In this document: piece by piece, positions 39,991-50,059 of the stretch
Numbering within the stretch: the stretch's first letter is position 1
How the letters are laid out: each line of letters opens with the position of its first letter
Assembly (NCBI GenBank): GCA_965208575.1
Contig: CBDBOV010000003.1
Coordinates: 448,001-512,000, forward strand
DNA length: 64,000 bases
Reading direction: 5' to 3'
Source of the DNA: Spirochaetia bacterium
Lineage (GTDB): Bacteria > Spirochaetota > Spirochaetia > SZUA-6 > Bin103
Position numbers and translations under genes: made by a program
The notes under the pieces: generated by a model
Database searches by the model: none
Seen by the model: only the letters and a program-made list of their open reading frames with translations
What the model was told of the DNA's origin: nothing

Positions 39991-41303
39991 CGAGCATCGG
40001 GTTCGCCGGGCTCCTGTTCGCGGTCTGCCTGGTGCTGATCGCACTCAGGATGCCGGTCGCGGTGGCGATGTTCATCGTCGGCGGCTTCGGCTTCGCCTCG
40101 CTGGCGGGATGGCCGGCGTTCCTCAATCTGCTGAACACGGCACCGTTCGGCCGGGTATCGAGCTACACCCTGTCGGTGCTGCCGCTGTTCCTGTTGATGG
40201 GCCAGTTGGCGACGCGTGCCGGGCTCAGCCGCTCGCTGTTCGATTCCGCGCGCGCCTGGGTCGGTCACCGGCGCGGCGGACTCGCCGTGTCCACCGTTCT
40301 GGGGTGCGCGGCGTTCGGCTCCGTCTGCGGATCCTCGATCGCGACAGGAGCGACGATGGCGTCGGTGGCGCTGCCCGAGATGAGACGCCACGGCTACTCG
40401 GGAGCACTGGCCACCGGCACCCTGGCGGCGGGTGGAACGCTCGGCATCCTGATACCACCGTCGATCATCCTGGTGATCTACGCCGTCATCACCGAGCAGT
40501 CGGTCGGCAAGCTGTTCCTGGCCGCGCTGCTCCCGGGCGTCATCGCAACCCTCGGCTACGCGGTCGCGATCGCGGTCCAGGTCCGGCTCAGGCCCGAGTC
40601 GGGTCCGCCCGCGCCGGCGCTTCCAAACCGCGCTCGCGTGCGCAGCCTGGCCGCGGGATGGCCGGTGGCGGCGATCTTCCTCGTGGTCATCGGCGGGATC
40701 TATTTTGGAGTCTTCACCCCGACGGAGGCTGCTGCGATCGGGGCGGCGGCAACCGCGCTGTTGGCGATTGCGCTTGGGCGGTTGAGCTGGAAGGGCTTCG
40801 CGTCGAGCATACTGGAGACCGCGCAGACCACTGCGGCGATTTTCCTGATCCTGATCGGCGCCGAAGTCTACAACGGCTTTCTCGCGTTGTCCCAGCTCCC
40901 GGTCGGGCTGTCAGCCGCGCTCGCGTCAGCGGGGCTGGCGCCGATGGCGATCATGATCGGCATCTTGCTCATCTACCTGCTGCTCGGCTGCGTGATGGAC
41001 AGCCTGGCCATGATCCTGTTGACCGTGCCGGTGTTCTTTCCCCTGGTAACCGGCCTCGAGTTCGGCCTTACGGAGCCGGAGATCGCAATCTGGTTCGGGA
41101 TCCTGACGCTGATCGTCGTGGAGATCGGGCTGATCACCCCGCCGATCGGCCTCAACGTCTACGTGATCAACTCGCTCGCCGACGGCGTCTCGCTCGGAGA
41201 GTCGTTCCGTGGCATCTTCCCGTTCCTGTTGGTCGATTTCGCCCGCGTCGCCATGCTCCTGGCCGTGCCCGCGACGTGCCTCTGGCTGCCGAGGCTGGAC
41301 TAG
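39987..41303 (+). CDS. TRAP large permease (DctM family)
   Basis: PLFLLMG, GTLGILIPPS, FTPTEA, GLITPPIG; ATGA overlap. Confidence 0.93.
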   Translation: MTSIGFAGLLFAVCLVLIALRMPVAVAMFIVGGFGFASLAGWPAFLNLLNTAPFGRVSSYTLSVLPLFLLMGQLATRAGLSRSLFDSARAWVGHRRGGLAVSTVLGCAAFGSVCGSSIATGATMASVALPEMRRHGYSGALATGTLAAGGTLGILIPPSIILVIYAVITEQSVGKLFLAALLPGVIATLGYAVAIAVQVRLRPESGPPAPALPNRARVRSLAAGWPVAAIFLVVIGGIYFGVFTPTEAAAIGAAATALLAIALGRLSWKGFASSILETAQTTAAIFLILIGAEVYNGFLALSQLPVGLSAALASAGLAPMAIMIGILLIYLLLGCVMDSLAMILLTVPVFFPLVTGLEFGLTEPEIAIWFGILTLIVVEIGLITPPIGLNVYVINSLADGVSLGESFRGIFPFLLVDFARVAMLLAVPATCLWLPRLD

Positions 41304-41309
41304 CAGCCC

Positions 41310-43088
41310 GTGCCGGAACAAATGAGACTTGACGAATCCGGCCAGCGCTCCGCGGACCGCCGCGATCCCGACGCCAGAATCCCGGCCACGCTCAGCGTGG
41401 GCCTCGCCCTGCAGATCGCCTGCCTGGTGCTGCCCGGTGCGGTGATGATTCCGACGGTGGTGTTCCGGGCGGCCGGTCAGCCCGAGGAGCTCCTGCTGTG
41501 GGCCGTGTTCGCCTCGGTCGCGATCTGCGGGGCGACCACGATGCTGCAGGCACGGCGGGTCGGCTGGTTCGGCGCCGGCTACATCCTCGCGATCGGCACC
41601 TCCGGGGCCGCCATCGCGGTCAGCATTGCCGCCCTCGCCGCCGGCGGTCCGGCGTTGCTCGCCACCATGGTCGTGGTGGTCTCTCTGGTGCAGTTCGTGT
41701 TCTCCGCGCGCCTGTCGCTGTTCCGGCGCGTCCTCACGCCGACCGTCACGGGGGTGGTGCTGATGCTCACGCCGGTCACGGTGATGCCGGTGATGTTCGC
41801 CCAACTGGAGAGTGTGCCGGGCCTCACGCCGCCGCTGGCCGCTCCGCTCAGCGCCGTTACGACCCTGGTCGTGATTGCCGGCCTCACCCTGACGGCCAAG
41901 GGACGGGTGCGCCTGTGGGCGCCGGTTATCGGGATGATCGCGGGTTCGGCGGTCGCGGGCGTGTTCGGCCTCTACGACGCACAGCGCATCGTCCGCGCTT
42001 CGTGGATCGGTATTCCGAGGCCCCCGTGGCCGGCCCTGGGCCTGCGCTTCGGGCCCGAGTTCTGGACCCTGCTGCCCGCCTTCGTGTTCATCGCGCTGGT
42101 GTGCACGATTCAGACCATCAGCGGCGCCGTCGCGATCCAGCGCGTGTCGTGGGCCGGGAGGCGGGCGGTGGACTTTCGGGCGGTGCAGGGCGCCGTGGCT
42201 GCCGACGGGGTGGGCAACCTGCTGTCCGGCCTCGCCGGCACGATGCCGCTCGGCTTCCGGCCGCATGGCGCGTCGATGGTGGAGATCACCGGGATCAGCT
42301 CGCGCCGTGTCGGCCTCGCGCTCGGCGCGGCGCTGATCGTGCTCGCCTTCGTTCCCAAGGCGCTTGCCGTGATCCTGGCGATACCGGGGCCGGTGATAGC
42401 GGCGTTCGTCACCGTCACCATGGCGACCATCTTCATCGTCGGCATGAGGGTGATCATTCAGGACGGCGTAGACCATCGCAAGGGACTGATCGCCGGGGTC
42501 TCGTTCTGGGTCGGCGTGGGCTTTCAGAGCGACGCGATATTTCCGGGGCATGTTTCGGATTTCGCCGGCTCCCTGTTGCGCAACGGGATGCTGACCGGAG
42601 GCATCGCGGCGGTCGTCATGACCATGTTCGTCGAGTTGACCAAGCCGCGCCGCCGCCGGCTGGAGGTGGACCTCGATGCCACCGTCCTGCACGAGGTCCG
42701 GCGATTCATCGCCGCGTTCGCGTCGCGGAGAGGCTGGGACGCGGCGATGGTGGACCGCCTTGATGCCGTGTGCGAAGAGACGTTGCTGACGCTCGAGCAA
42801 CAGCGCGAGCCGGGTGTCGAGGTCGGGAGTCGGCGACTGCTCCTCACCGTACGCGGCGAGGATGGCGGGGCGGTGCTGGAGTTCGTGGCCTCGACCGGCA
42901 AGGAGAACCTCCAGGACCGGATCGCGCTGCTCGGCGAGGCCGCCGCCGGAGCCATGATCGAACGGGAGGTCTCGCTACGGCTGCTCCGTCACCTCGCCTC
43001 CTCGGTCCACCACCAGCAGTACCACGGCACCGACATCGTGACCGTCCGCGTGGAGCGGCCGGCGGCACGCATGCCCCAAGGGAAGTAG
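41310..43088 (+). CDS. NCS2 (xanthine/uracil) permease-like protein with C-terminal HATPase-like soluble domain
   Basis: LALQ, TTMLQ, TPTVTGVV, ADGVG, ITGISSRRVG; tail with CEETLL and SLRLLRHLASSVHHQQY. Confidence 0.8.
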   Translation: MPEQMRLDESGQRSADRRDPDARIPATLSVGLALQIACLVLPGAVMIPTVVFRAAGQPEELLLWAVFASVAICGATTMLQARRVGWFGAGYILAIGTSGAAIAVSIAALAAGGPALLATMVVVVSLVQFVFSARLSLFRRVLTPTVTGVVLMLTPVTVMPVMFAQLESVPGLTPPLAAPLSAVTTLVVIAGLTLTAKGRVRLWAPVIGMIAGSAVAGVFGLYDAQRIVRASWIGIPRPPWPALGLRFGPEFWTLLPAFVFIALVCTIQTISGAVAIQRVSWAGRRAVDFRAVQGAVAADGVGNLLSGLAGTMPLGFRPHGASMVEITGISSRRVGLALGAALIVLAFVPKALAVILAIPGPVIAAFVTVTMATIFIVGMRVIIQDGVDHRKGLIAGVSFWVGVGFQSDAIFPGHVSDFAGSLLRNGMLTGGIAAVVMTMFVELTKPRRRRLEVDLDATVLHEVRRFIAAFASRRGWDAAMVDRLDAVCEETLLTLEQQREPGVEVGSRRLLLTVRGEDGGAVLEFVASTGKENLQDRIALLGEAAAGAMIEREVSLRLLRHLASSVHHQQYHGTDIVTVRVERPAARMPQGK

Positions 43089-43115
43089 AGGCCCGCGCGC
43101 CACCCGGGGACGCCG

Positions 43116-44510
43116 CTACGGACCGGCGGGGATCGTGGAGTCGAAGTCGTCGAATCCGGCGATCAGTTCCTTCGCCATCCGCACGGCGTTCTCCAGGTCC
43201 AGCAGACCGTAGCCGTACACGTCGTCGACACCCGGCTCGCCGAGGTCGCGGGCCGACCTCAGCAGCACGTATCCGATCTGTTCCGGGCTGAGGGAGGGGC
43301 ACATCTGGCGCAACACGGCGGCCGCGCCGGTCACGCGGGGTGCCGCAAACGAGGTGCCGGAGAACGTCGACGGGCGGTTGTCGTCCGGAGCGACGAGGAA
43401 GGCGTTGCGGGCCGCGCCGGCGCGCACCGAGTGGCCGTCCGAATCGTGGGACAGAATCCAGCCGTCGTCGGCCGGATGGGCGGGGCGATGATCGACTGCG
43501 CCGACGACCAAGAGGCCGCTCTTGGCGTGCATGAATCCGATCGGACGAAAGTCGGGTCCCGCGTTGTCCGGGCGGTAACCGGCGTACCCTGCGACCAGGC
43601 CGCTCTGCTCGATGGCGGGTGTCGCGTTCGCCGGCGCGCCGCCCGCCAGCGCCGCGTCGGCGTTGCCGCCCCCCAGGACGATGAGCTGGACAATCCTGCC
43701 TTCGGTCGAGAGGTCGCTCGTGCTGCCGGTCTGTTCGATCGGAAGTAGATCGGGCAGATCGGGCGGACGGGGCGTGCCGACGGATCTGTTCTGGACAAAG
43801 AACGTGTAGGGGTCGAGCGGGGCGGGCCGCGTATCGTCGCTGCCGTCGACGGCATAGATGAAGGTTGCGTTGGGCGCGTAGTGGCGCGCTATGTGGGCGA
43901 CGCCGGTGCCGTGCGACCGGTCGGAGCCTTCCGGCGAAGGCCGCTCTTCGTTGAACTGGTCCAAGATGAGGATCTGGACGCCGTCGCCGTTCCAGCCGGC
44001 CGCGTGCAGCCTCTCGAGTGCGTCCCGTTCGTAGTCGGTGAAATCGTCTGCTACGGGGTCGGGATAGCTCCACCCGGTCCGCGTGGGAGCGGGTTTGCCG
44101 ACGCACGCGGCGGGCGCGGCGGTGGCCGACGGCGACCACGGGCCGTCGTCGCGGGCGCTGCTCGCCAGAACCTGCACGTCGTACCGGGTGCCGTTGGTCA
44201 GCCCCTTGATGGTGATGGTGTGAGGTCCCGACACCGTGCGCAGCACCTCGGCGTGCGCCCAGCCTTGCGCGGAGGGCGTCCACCGCACCGTGTAGGCGAC
44301 GACCTCGACCCGCGACGCCGGCGCGGTCCAGGAAACCGTGAGCTGTTGGTGGCCCGGCGTCAGGGTCGGTCGCGCCGGGGCGCCGGGTACGAGACCGTCC
44401 GTGGGTCTTTCTCCGTCCATCGGTGCTGCGCAGGAGGCGACGGCCAGTACGAATCCAAGCAGCACGAAGCGCGGCAAGCAGCACCCGATCGACACGATCA
44501 GTCGTTCCAT
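43116..44510 (-). CDS. Lipoprotein with fibronectin type III domain and S8 subtilase domain; start approximate
   Basis: LAVASC; LTVSWTAP, GLTNGTRYDVQV; ILD, HGTGV, SGTSFAAP, YGYGLLD. Confidence 0.85.
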   Translation of the reverse strand: MERLIVSIGCCLPRFVLLGFVLAVASCAAPMDGERPTDGLVPGAPARPTLTPGHQQLTVSWTAPASRVEVVAYTVRWTPSAQGWAHAEVLRTVSGPHTITIKGLTNGTRYDVQVLASSARDDGPWSPSATAAPAACVGKPAPTRTGWSYPDPVADDFTDYERDALERLHAAGWNGDGVQILILDQFNEERPSPEGSDRSHGTGVAHIARHYAPNATFIYAVDGSDDTRPAPLDPYTFFVQNRSVGTPRPPDLPDLLPIEQTGSTSDLSTEGRIVQLIVLGGGNADAALAGGAPANATPAIEQSGLVAGYAGYRPDNAGPDFRPIGFMHAKSGLLVVGAVDHRPAHPADDGWILSHDSDGHSVRAGAARNAFLVAPDDNRPSTFSGTSFAAPRVTGAAAVLRQMCPSLSPEQIGYVLLRSARDLGEPGVDDVYGYGLLDLENAVRMAKELIAGFDDFDSTIPAGP

Positions 44511-44824
44511 GCCAACAAGCGTAATCGAGTGCAGCCGTTGCGTCATCTGCCGGAACGCGGTTGGCGGTCCTGCGGTGCGGCATCGACGGCGATTGTCATT
44601 GGCGCCGCCATCGGCGTCTGCGCCCACCTCCCGATAGAGCGCCTCCTGCACCAGCCGATTCCGTCAGGCGCCGCGTACCGTTGCCGCTTTGCCGCCCGAC
44701 GGGCCGGGACGTGCGACACGCCCGAGTGGCGTCGACGCGGTCCTGAACTCCCTGTCCAGGTATTGACCGCGGACCATGCTGCGGCGTAGCGTGGCCGAAA
44801 CTGCTCATCCATTCGGAGGAACCG

Positions 44825-45124
44825 ATGTACATCGTGGCTTACGTCACACACAAGCCGGGGCGCGTGCAGTCAGGCAGCGAGCTCCAGGACGCCTTCATCG
44901 ACTATCTGCGCAATCATCCCGACCATCCCGGCGTGGTCGTCCACAACGGCGGACCGACTCTGTCCGACGACTCGCAGACCATCGTCGGCCTGCTGCTGAC
45001 CCTCGACGCGCCATCCCTGGAGGCAGCGCGGGCATTCCTGGCCGACAGCCCATACGGCAAGGCGGACGTGTTCGCGGAAACGCAATTCCGGCCGTGGGAG
45101 TGGAGGACCGGCCACCCCGGCTAG
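44825..45124 (+). CDS. YciI family protein
   Basis: GGPTLSDD..IVG.LL, FLADSPYGKA; RBS GGAGG. Confidence 0.8.
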   Translation: MYIVAYVTHKPGRVQSGSELQDAFIDYLRNHPDHPGVVVHNGGPTLSDDSQTIVGLLLTLDAPSLEAARAFLADSPYGKADVFAETQFRPWEWRTGHPG

Positions 45125-45157
45125 CAAGCCCCCGGGCCCGCGCCGGCGAGAATCACG

Positions 45158-45209
45158 ATAATCCGGATTCCAATTCCGGATTTACACGACTTCCGCGCGG
45201 AAGTAAGGT
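45158..45209 (+). promoter_or_regulatory. Two palindromes (operator-like) and -10 box upstream of the second DUF4143 ATPase
   Basis: aatccgga-ttccaat-tccggatt and acttccgcgcggaagt; TAAGGT 7 nt before ATG. Confidence 0.55.
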
Positions 45210-45216
45210 AGGGTCC

Positions 45217-46389
45217 ATGGTTGTCCGAGAGGCAGAACCACTGGCCCGGACCCTGGCGCGCGAGTTCAAGGTCGTGGCGATCGTCGGCCCGCGCCAGTCG
45301 GGCAAGACCACGCTGGCGAGGGAGGTGTTCGCGGCCAAGCCGTATGCCAGCCTGGAGGATCCCGACTTGTTCGGGTTTGCGCAGGAGGACCCGCGGCGTT
45401 TCCTCGGCCAGTATCCGGGCGGCGCGCTCATCGACGAAGCGCAACGCTGCCCGGAGTTGTTCTCCTACCTGCAGGGGATCGTCGACCGGCGCCGCGTGGC
45501 GGGGCAATTCGTACTGACCGGATCCCAGCATTTCGGGCTGGTGCAACGCATCACCCAGTCCCTGGCGGGACGGGTCGGCTTCGTCAACCTGCTGCCGTTC
45601 TCGGCGCCGGAGCTGCTTGCCGGCGGCTGGCTGCCGGCATCACTTGATGCAGCCCTGCTGCACGGCGGCTATCCGCCGGTGTTCGACATGCCGGCGTCGC
45701 CGGAACGCTGGTACAACGCCTATCTCAACACCTACGTTGAGCGCGACGTGCGGCAACTGCGCAACGTGCAGGACCTGCCCACCTTTCAGCGCGTGTTGCG
45801 GCTGTGCGCCGGGGCGGTCGGTCAGCTTGCCGACCTGACCCGAATCGGCAACGACGCCGGCGTCGATCAGAAGACCGTGCGTGCATGGCTCGGCGTACTG
45901 GAGGCATCGTTCATCCTGTTCCGGCTGCAGCCGCATCACAACAGTTTCCGCAAGCGGCTGGTGAAGACACCCAAGCTCTACTTCTATGACGTCGGCTTGG
46001 CCGCGCGGCTGGTCGGCATCGAGTCGGCGGAGCAGATGGGCACCCACCCGCTGCGCGGCGCCCTGTTCGAGAACTGGGTCATCACCGAGTACCTCAAGCG
46101 GCGCTGGAACGCCGGCCGGCAGCCCAACCTGTTTTTCTGGCGCAGCCACGGCGGCCTGGAGGTGGACCTGGTGCTGGAGCAGGGGCCGGTGCTGGCGCCG
46201 GTGGAGATCAAGTCCGGCGCCACGGTCTCCTCCGACTGGCTGCGTCCGCTGCGCCGCTGGCGCGAGCTCGCCGGCGACGCCGCCGGCCGCCCCGTCATCG
46301 TGTACGGCGGCGACCAGCCACAACAGCGCAGCGACGCCGACATCATCCCCTGGCGCCAGTTGGCGCTCTCGCCGAGTAGCGAGTCTTGA
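45217..46389 (+). CDS. AAA+ ATPase with DUF4143
   Basis: GPRQSGKTT, IDEAQ, TGS, SLAGR, GGYP, KTPKLYFYD, FEN, EVDL..EIK. Confidence 0.93.
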   Translation: MVVREAEPLARTLAREFKVVAIVGPRQSGKTTLAREVFAAKPYASLEDPDLFGFAQEDPRRFLGQYPGGALIDEAQRCPELFSYLQGIVDRRRVAGQFVLTGSQHFGLVQRITQSLAGRVGFVNLLPFSAPELLAGGWLPASLDAALLHGGYPPVFDMPASPERWYNAYLNTYVERDVRQLRNVQDLPTFQRVLRLCAGAVGQLADLTRIGNDAGVDQKTVRAWLGVLEASFILFRLQPHHNSFRKRLVKTPKLYFYDVGLAARLVGIESAEQMGTHPLRGALFENWVITEYLKRRWNAGRQPNLFFWRSHGGLEVDLVLEQGPVLAPVEIKSGATVSSDWLRPLRRWRELAGDAAGRPVIVYGGDQPQQRSDADIIPWRQLALSPSSES

Positions 46390-46516
46390 TCTCGGCACCT
46401 CGCATGGAAGCATAGCCATCGCGCGCGACCGGCACCGTTCGTGGATCCGACCGTTTGGTCCGGCGGAAGTTGCGGGACGCTTGATCCGCGGGGTGCGGCC
46501 GCCCGATGATGGGCGC

Positions 46517-47623
46517 ATGAGACGAACCAGACCGCGCGTCCGGCGCAGCCTTGCCACGGCGGCGCTGTTGCTGGCCGCGCTTACGGTGATCCCGCCGCTG
46601 GCCGCAGATCAGGAGCTGACCGTGGTTTCGTTTGGTGGGTCGTACGCGCGGGCCTGCCAGCAGGCGTATCACGAGCCGTTCACTGCGGAGACCGGGATCG
46701 AGGTACGGCTGGAGGACTACAACGGCGGTCTGGCCCAGATCCGGGCACAGGTGGAGACCGGCAACGTGCACTGGGACGTGGTGGACCTGAACGTGGCCGA
46801 CGCCGTGCTCGGCTGCGACGAGGGCCTCTTGGAGTCCATCGATCCCGGTGACCTGCCGCCCGGCGCTGACGGATCCTCCGTGGAGGACGACTTTGTCGCC
46901 GGCACGCTCACCGACTGCGGGATGGGCACGATCTTCTTCTCATCCATCTACGCCTACGACCCGCGCCACTTCCCGGACGCCAAGCCGGCCACGATCGAGG
47001 ACTTCTTCGACCTGGAGCGGTTCCCGGGGCGGCGCGGCATGCGGCGGGTGCCGAGCGACAACCTGGAGATCGCGCTGCTCGCCGACGGCGTGCCGATCGA
47101 CGAGGTGTACGCCACGCTTGAGACGCCGGAGGGAGTGGCGCGCGCGTTCCGGAAGCTCGACGCCATCAAGGACCACATCGTGTGGTGGGAGGCGGGCGCG
47201 CAGCCGCCGCAGATGCTCGCCGACGGCGAGGTGGTGATGAGCACCGCCTACAATGGGCGCATCTTCAACGCCCAGGTACGCGAGAATCAGCCGTTCGAGA
47301 TCGTGTGGGACGGTCAGATCCTGGACAACAGCCAGCTCGTGATCGTGGCCGGCGCCCCCAACCTGGAGGCGGCGCGCGAGTTCATCGCCTTCGCGGGGAG
47401 GCCGGAGTCGATGGCGGCGGTGAGCAAGTACATCTCCTACGGGCCGGTGCGCCGCTCCGGCACGCCGCTGGTGGGGACCCACGTCGAGACCGGCGTGGAG
47501 ATGGCGCCGCACATGCCCACCACGCCGGCCAACCTGACCCGCGCCCTGCACCACGACTGGCGCTGGTGGAGCGACCGCGGCGACGAGATGACCGAGCGCT
47601 TCTCCGCCTGGCTGGCCCGCTGA
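46517..47623 (+). CDS. Polyamine-type ABC substrate-binding protein (PotD/PotF-like), orphan
   Basis: LTVVSFGGSY, AQVETGNVHWDVV, FPGRRG, ALLADGV, AYNGR. Confidence 0.9.
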   Translation: MRRTRPRVRRSLATAALLLAALTVIPPLAADQELTVVSFGGSYARACQQAYHEPFTAETGIEVRLEDYNGGLAQIRAQVETGNVHWDVVDLNVADAVLGCDEGLLESIDPGDLPPGADGSSVEDDFVAGTLTDCGMGTIFFSSIYAYDPRHFPDAKPATIEDFFDLERFPGRRGMRRVPSDNLEIALLADGVPIDEVYATLETPEGVARAFRKLDAIKDHIVWWEAGAQPPQMLADGEVVMSTAYNGRIFNAQVRENQPFEIVWDGQILDNSQLVIVAGAPNLEAAREFIAFAGRPESMAAVSKYISYGPVRRSGTPLVGTHVETGVEMAPHMPTTPANLTRALHHDWRWWSDRGDEMTERFSAWLAR

Positions 47624-47721
47624 AGCGCCGTCCGAAGCTGTCGCCCTGCCTTGCCGGCCGGCGCCTCGCCGCGGTGCGCGCGACGGCCAGGCTCCACCAC
47701 GGTCTGCGAGGCGCGCAGCGG

Positions 47722-48552
47722 TCACTGGGCTCCGGCAGCGGGGTAGGGGCGGAACAGGTCGAGTTGCGCCGGCGCCAGGCGGGCGCGGGTGGCGGCGGTG
47801 AGGTAGGGCGGCTCATCTATGGTGGCGATGTTCTGCGACATCATGAAGTGCGGGCCGTAGCCGACGTGCAGGGTCTTGCGCACCTGCGCGGAGCGGTTGG
47901 TCAGGCCGCCGTGGCGTAGCGCCTCGGTGAAGAAGATGGCATCGCCCGCCTTCACCTCCAGGCCGACCACGCCCGGCTCGCGGTCGGGGTCGTTGTCGTG
48001 GGGGCAGTCGAAGTTGCTCTTGTGGGTGCCGGGGACGACGCAGAACGCTCCCTGCTCGCGGCTCACGTCGTGCACGAAGTAGACCATGCGCACCATCATG
48101 CAGTCGATGCCGTGCCGGTTTACCTGGTAGCGGTACTTGCCGTGGGCCGCGCGCGTGCCGCCGTGGTTGCTGCTCTGGTTGCCGCGGTAGCGGATGCGGA
48201 TCTCTGAGTTGTTGATGGTGGGCCGTCCCTGGATCACCGCCTCGACGTAGTCCATGGTCGGCAGGTGGCAGATCAGCAGCTCGAAGACCGGGTCGGCGTT
48301 CCAGAAGTCCTCGATGATGATGGTGGATCCCTCCTCGCGTGCGCCTTGCACGTGGTACCCGAGGTCGGGGTCGCGGTGGTACTCCCGGCCCCACGGGCTG
48401 CGCTTGCGCGGCGGCGCGTCGAGCCGGGCAACGGCGTGCTCTTCGAGCGCGTCGACCGCGGCCGCCAGGCTGGTCACCTGCGCTGCAGTGAGCATATTCT
48501 CGATCACCACGTATCCCTGGCGATCGAACTCGTATCGTTCCATCTCGTTCAT
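47722..48552 (-). CDS. PhyH-family dioxygenase (third paralog)
   Basis: YEFDRQGYVVI, NHGG, VPGTHKSNF, AGDAIFFTEALRHG. Confidence 0.9.
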   Translation of the reverse strand: MNEMERYEFDRQGYVVIENMLTAAQVTSLAAAVDALEEHAVARLDAPPRKRSPWGREYHRDPDLGYHVQGAREEGSTIIIEDFWNADPVFELLICHLPTMDYVEAVIQGRPTINNSEIRIRYRGNQSSNHGGTRAAHGKYRYQVNRHGIDCMMVRMVYFVHDVSREQGAFCVVPGTHKSNFDCPHDNDPDREPGVVGLEVKAGDAIFFTEALRHGGLTNRSAQVRKTLHVGYGPHFMMSQNIATIDEPPYLTAATRARLAPAQLDLFRPYPAAGAQ

Positions 48553-50015
48553 TGCGGTGCTCCCGGAGTGCGGTAGAAGGCCATGCCGGCGTAGCTGACC
48601 AGCGAGCCGGTGTCGGGCTGCCGGTTCTGGCCGTAGCTGAGCAGGGAGCCGCGGCACTCGGCGCCGGCCAGCAGCGGGTAGAGGGAGAACAGGCCGGACA
48701 CGGCGTCCACGTTGCGGCAGTTGCGGTCGGCGTGCAGGGTCCGGGTGAGGCCGGGCGCATCGAACCGCTCGGCGAAGCCCAGCAGGTGGCGGTCCTTCTG
48801 CTCGCAGGCGGCCGCGGCGGCGTCGTCGATCCGCTCAGGATCGCCGAACTTGGGGCCGATGTGGGCCAGGTCGACGCTCAGCAGGTAGCACGCGCGCTTG
48901 CCGCTCGCGGCCACCGCCTCGCGCAAAGCCGTCAGTTCACGCTGCACCTCCGGCGCCTGCAGCGGGTCGCTTCCGGCCTGCAGGTGGTGGTCGACGCCGC
49001 CGAGCAGCACCGGCACCACCTCGTAGTGAGGCAGATCCGCCTGCGCCTGGATGTACTGCAGAAACAGCAGGGGAAACTCCACCGAGTGCTCGGTGCGGTG
49101 CACCCACTGCTGGTCGGTGACGTCGCGGCCGGCGCGGCGCGACCACTCACCGATCAGGCGGCGGTCGGTGGTCGCCTCGCCGAACGGCGTGGCGTAGTCC
49201 TTGTCGCAGGCGACCGCGAAGGTGGCACCGGGCCGGGTGCCGCCGTAGTGGGCCACGCCCAGGATTACGTACCGTTCGATCGGCCTCGGGGTGTGTGCCG
49301 CCGCGGCCAGTGCCGTGAACGCCGGCGGGTAGATCTCGCCGCCGGCGCGCAGGTCGATGTGCGGGCACATGATGGCGGCCAGCTCGCCGCGCGGTTGCGC
49401 GAGGGAGGCGGGCGGACCGTGCCCGGCTCCCTTGTTCGCGGTGAGCCGCGGGTCGCAGCCGGCGCCGCCCTCCCGCCTGGCGAGCCCGGCGACCGCCGGG
49501 CCGCCGCCGGCTGCCGCTGAGATGCCGGCTCGGTCCGCTGCCCCGGCATCGGCGGTCGGCCCGGCTTCGGTTCCGGCCGCCGCGGCGAAGAATCGGTCGA
49601 GCATCGCGTCCAGTTCATGTGCGTCGTCCGGGTATCCGCTGCCGGCGTGCCACGGCTCACGTACGCGGGCGCGGGCAAACTCGGCGCGCACCCGGCTGAT
49701 GTGGGCGGCGGACACTTCGTCGTCCAGGTAGCAGCGCTCGCTCAACGTGGCGAGCAACTCCCGTACCTGCTGCGTACGGACCCGGGTGCGCGGGAACTCG
49801 CGTCGCAGCGCGGCGAGCACCTGGTCGAACGAGTGCCGGCCGTCCAGCAGCGACAGGATGAACAAACCCGCTCGGCGGAGCACCAGGGGCTGCGACGCGA
49901 ACTCCAGGGGGTCGCGCACGTAGAACGAACGCATCCCGTTCTGCTCGATCGGGATCACGTCGACACGGCGCACCCTGGGCAGGGCGGAGGGGGCGGGGCG
50001 GATGGCGTAACGCAT
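48549..50015 (-). CDS. MEMO1-family protein (AmmeMemoRadiSam protein B-like) with N-terminal winged-helix/PqqD-like extension
   Basis: HAGSGYP, CPHID, LGVAH, TPFG, EHSVEF, SVDLAHIG, SLVSYA. Confidence 0.85.
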   Translation of the reverse strand: MRYAIRPAPSALPRVRRVDVIPIEQNGMRSFYVRDPLEFASQPLVLRRAGLFILSLLDGRHSFDQVLAALRREFPRTRVRTQQVRELLATLSERCYLDDEVSAAHISRVRAEFARARVREPWHAGSGYPDDAHELDAMLDRFFAAAAGTEAGPTADAGAADRAGISAAAGGGPAVAGLARREGGAGCDPRLTANKGAGHGPPASLAQPRGELAAIMCPHIDLRAGGEIYPPAFTALAAAAHTPRPIERYVILGVAHYGGTRPGATFAVACDKDYATPFGEATTDRRLIGEWSRRAGRDVTDQQWVHRTEHSVEFPLLFLQYIQAQADLPHYEVVPVLLGGVDHHLQAGSDPLQAPEVQRELTALREAVAASGKRACYLLSVDLAHIGPKFGDPERIDDAAAAACEQKDRHLLGFAERFDAPGLTRTLHADRNCRNVDAVSGLFSLYPLLAGAECRGSLLSYGQNRQPDTGSLVSYAGMAFYRTPGAPQ

Positions 50016-50059
50016 GACGGTCGTGGTCCGGGCGGCGTCAGCCTACACCGAGCCGCCGC

